Assembly (NCBI GenBank): GCA_964016885.1
Contig: OZ024740.1
Span: 139,686,001 to 139,750,000, forward strand
From: Eledone cirrhosa
Taxonomy: Eukaryota
Length of the DNA: 64,000 nucleotides
Direction: 5' to 3'
A model generated the notes under the pieces. The model was not told the origin of the DNA. It ran no database searches and saw only the letters and a program-made list of their open reading frames with translations. The translations under genes were made by a program, and so were the position numbers. Positions 62,740-64,000 of this stretch are shown one piece after another. Each line of letters starts with the position of its first letter. Position 1 is the first letter of the stretch.

Positions 62740-62869
62740 ACACAAACACAAACACACACACACATATATATAGATGTGTACAATGTAAAAAAAAGGTCGG
62801 AACAAATAACACAGAACAGTTTGTCTGAGGCTTTAACGATTCTACCCATCTACCACCCCAACACTTAAG

Positions 62870-62960
62870 TAGTACTGTATTTTATTAACCCCCAAAGAAT
62901 AAAAAGCAATCTTGACGTCGGTACGATTTGAAATCAGAACGTAAAGTGACAGAAGAAATA
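62870..62960 (-). mobile_element. Diverged SINE fragment
   Basis: Reverse complement of the SINE core (…GATTTGAAATCAGAACGTAAAG). Confidence 0.55.
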
Positions 62961-63049
62961 CTAAGGATATTTAATAATAAATGTTTTCATTAGTTGACTT
63001 TCGGCATACAATACATGAAATACATACAATACATGAAACTGAGAAGTAG

Positions 63050-63570
63050 GTATACGTCGGAGATCCGCCGAAGTTCGTCACTGCTGCACATGCGCAAACG
63101 ATTAATGTCGGATGGGCTGCAAAGTGGATAAAAGTGTCAATCATTTAGTGTACAAATATAGTAAAATGCCAGAAGATATAAGATATGATAGATAGGATAG
63201 ATATGCTGGGAGATCAGTGGGTAATTTGGGTTCAAAATAATGAAAAAAATATGATACGATCACCAGTCAAATGTTATCAAAATGATTGTTGTCAGATCTA
63301 GCGGGGTTCCTCAGTGCAAATTGACGTCATAGCAGTGTCACAGATATTAGATATGATCCTCTTAGTGTAACACTAATATTAGTCATTGAACTAGTGCAAA
63401 CCTTTCTTTACTACACAAATATTATTTACTAGTGAAACCGCGCCGTCAAAATTGACGTCGATTCACATACTCTCGGGTTTCGAATAATCGCTCCCCCACC
63501 CGCTGCCGCGTAGAGTATATTATTACAAGTTATTCATATGCATGTTTTACGTGGGAGAAAAGGTCTACGG
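63050..63570. promoter_or_regulatory. Possible promoter-like CpG-enriched region
   Basis: TGCACATGCGCA (NRF1-like), TGACGTCA (CRE) at about 63322 and TGACGTCG at about 63453; no gene visible. Confidence 0.25.
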
Positions 63571-63771
63571 AGTTTACGCCCTGACAATGGATGAATTGAA
63601 ATGGAAGAGGTGGATGGAGAACTGGCTAATGAAATCGTTCAAATATACGTCATTAAAAATTAGAGTCAAATATTCCATTAGCGTTGTCTGATTTAATGTA
63701 AACGCTGTCACTTTTACTCTCTCTACTTCTCCTCTGCATCTCTCTCTCTCTCTCTCTCGCTCTCTCTCTCG

Positions 63772-63834
<63 letters not shown>

Positions 63835-64000
63835 AAAAGCAGGGTGAGAGTGTTTCTTAGTAAAGTCGTAAGAATGAGAAAAAAGGGGAGATAAAAAGAG
63901 ATTTTTAAAATTCATGCTCAGAAAAATAAATATATACACTATAGTGTACGATGTGTATTATAATCTCGCTACGTTAAGTACGTCCGCACTAACATGACCA

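Overview
AT-rich, microsatellite-saturated eukaryotic DNA. It is very probably Octopus, inferred from the recurrent octopus-type SINEs and repeat landscape. No intact host gene is recognisable, and nearly all listed ORFs are microsatellite read-through. Real coding remnants are all transposon-derived: an R4/Dong-like REL endonuclease fragment sitting in (CATA)n, CRE-like, HERO-like, CR1-like and L1/Tx1-like LINE pieces, and a Helitron helicase fragment. The dominant hidden structure is a dozen or more unrelated families of short (about 0.2-0.8 kb) non-coding elements embedded in (TA)n microsatellites. Most carry a type I hammerhead ribozyme (about 25 intact, partial or degenerate motifs read by eye). 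Many are head-to-head foldbacks whose arms both end at an internal TA and run into the (TA)n tract. Several show terminal redundancy implying a circular or multimeric RNA monomer of about 400-550 nt. Some families carry non-canonical cores (CAGAAGA in two unrelated families, UUGAUAA, CGGAAGA). This looks like a retrozyme/Penelope-dependent, TA-microsatellite-targeting, twin-primed retroelement system. Family letters are my own labels; coordinates were read manually.
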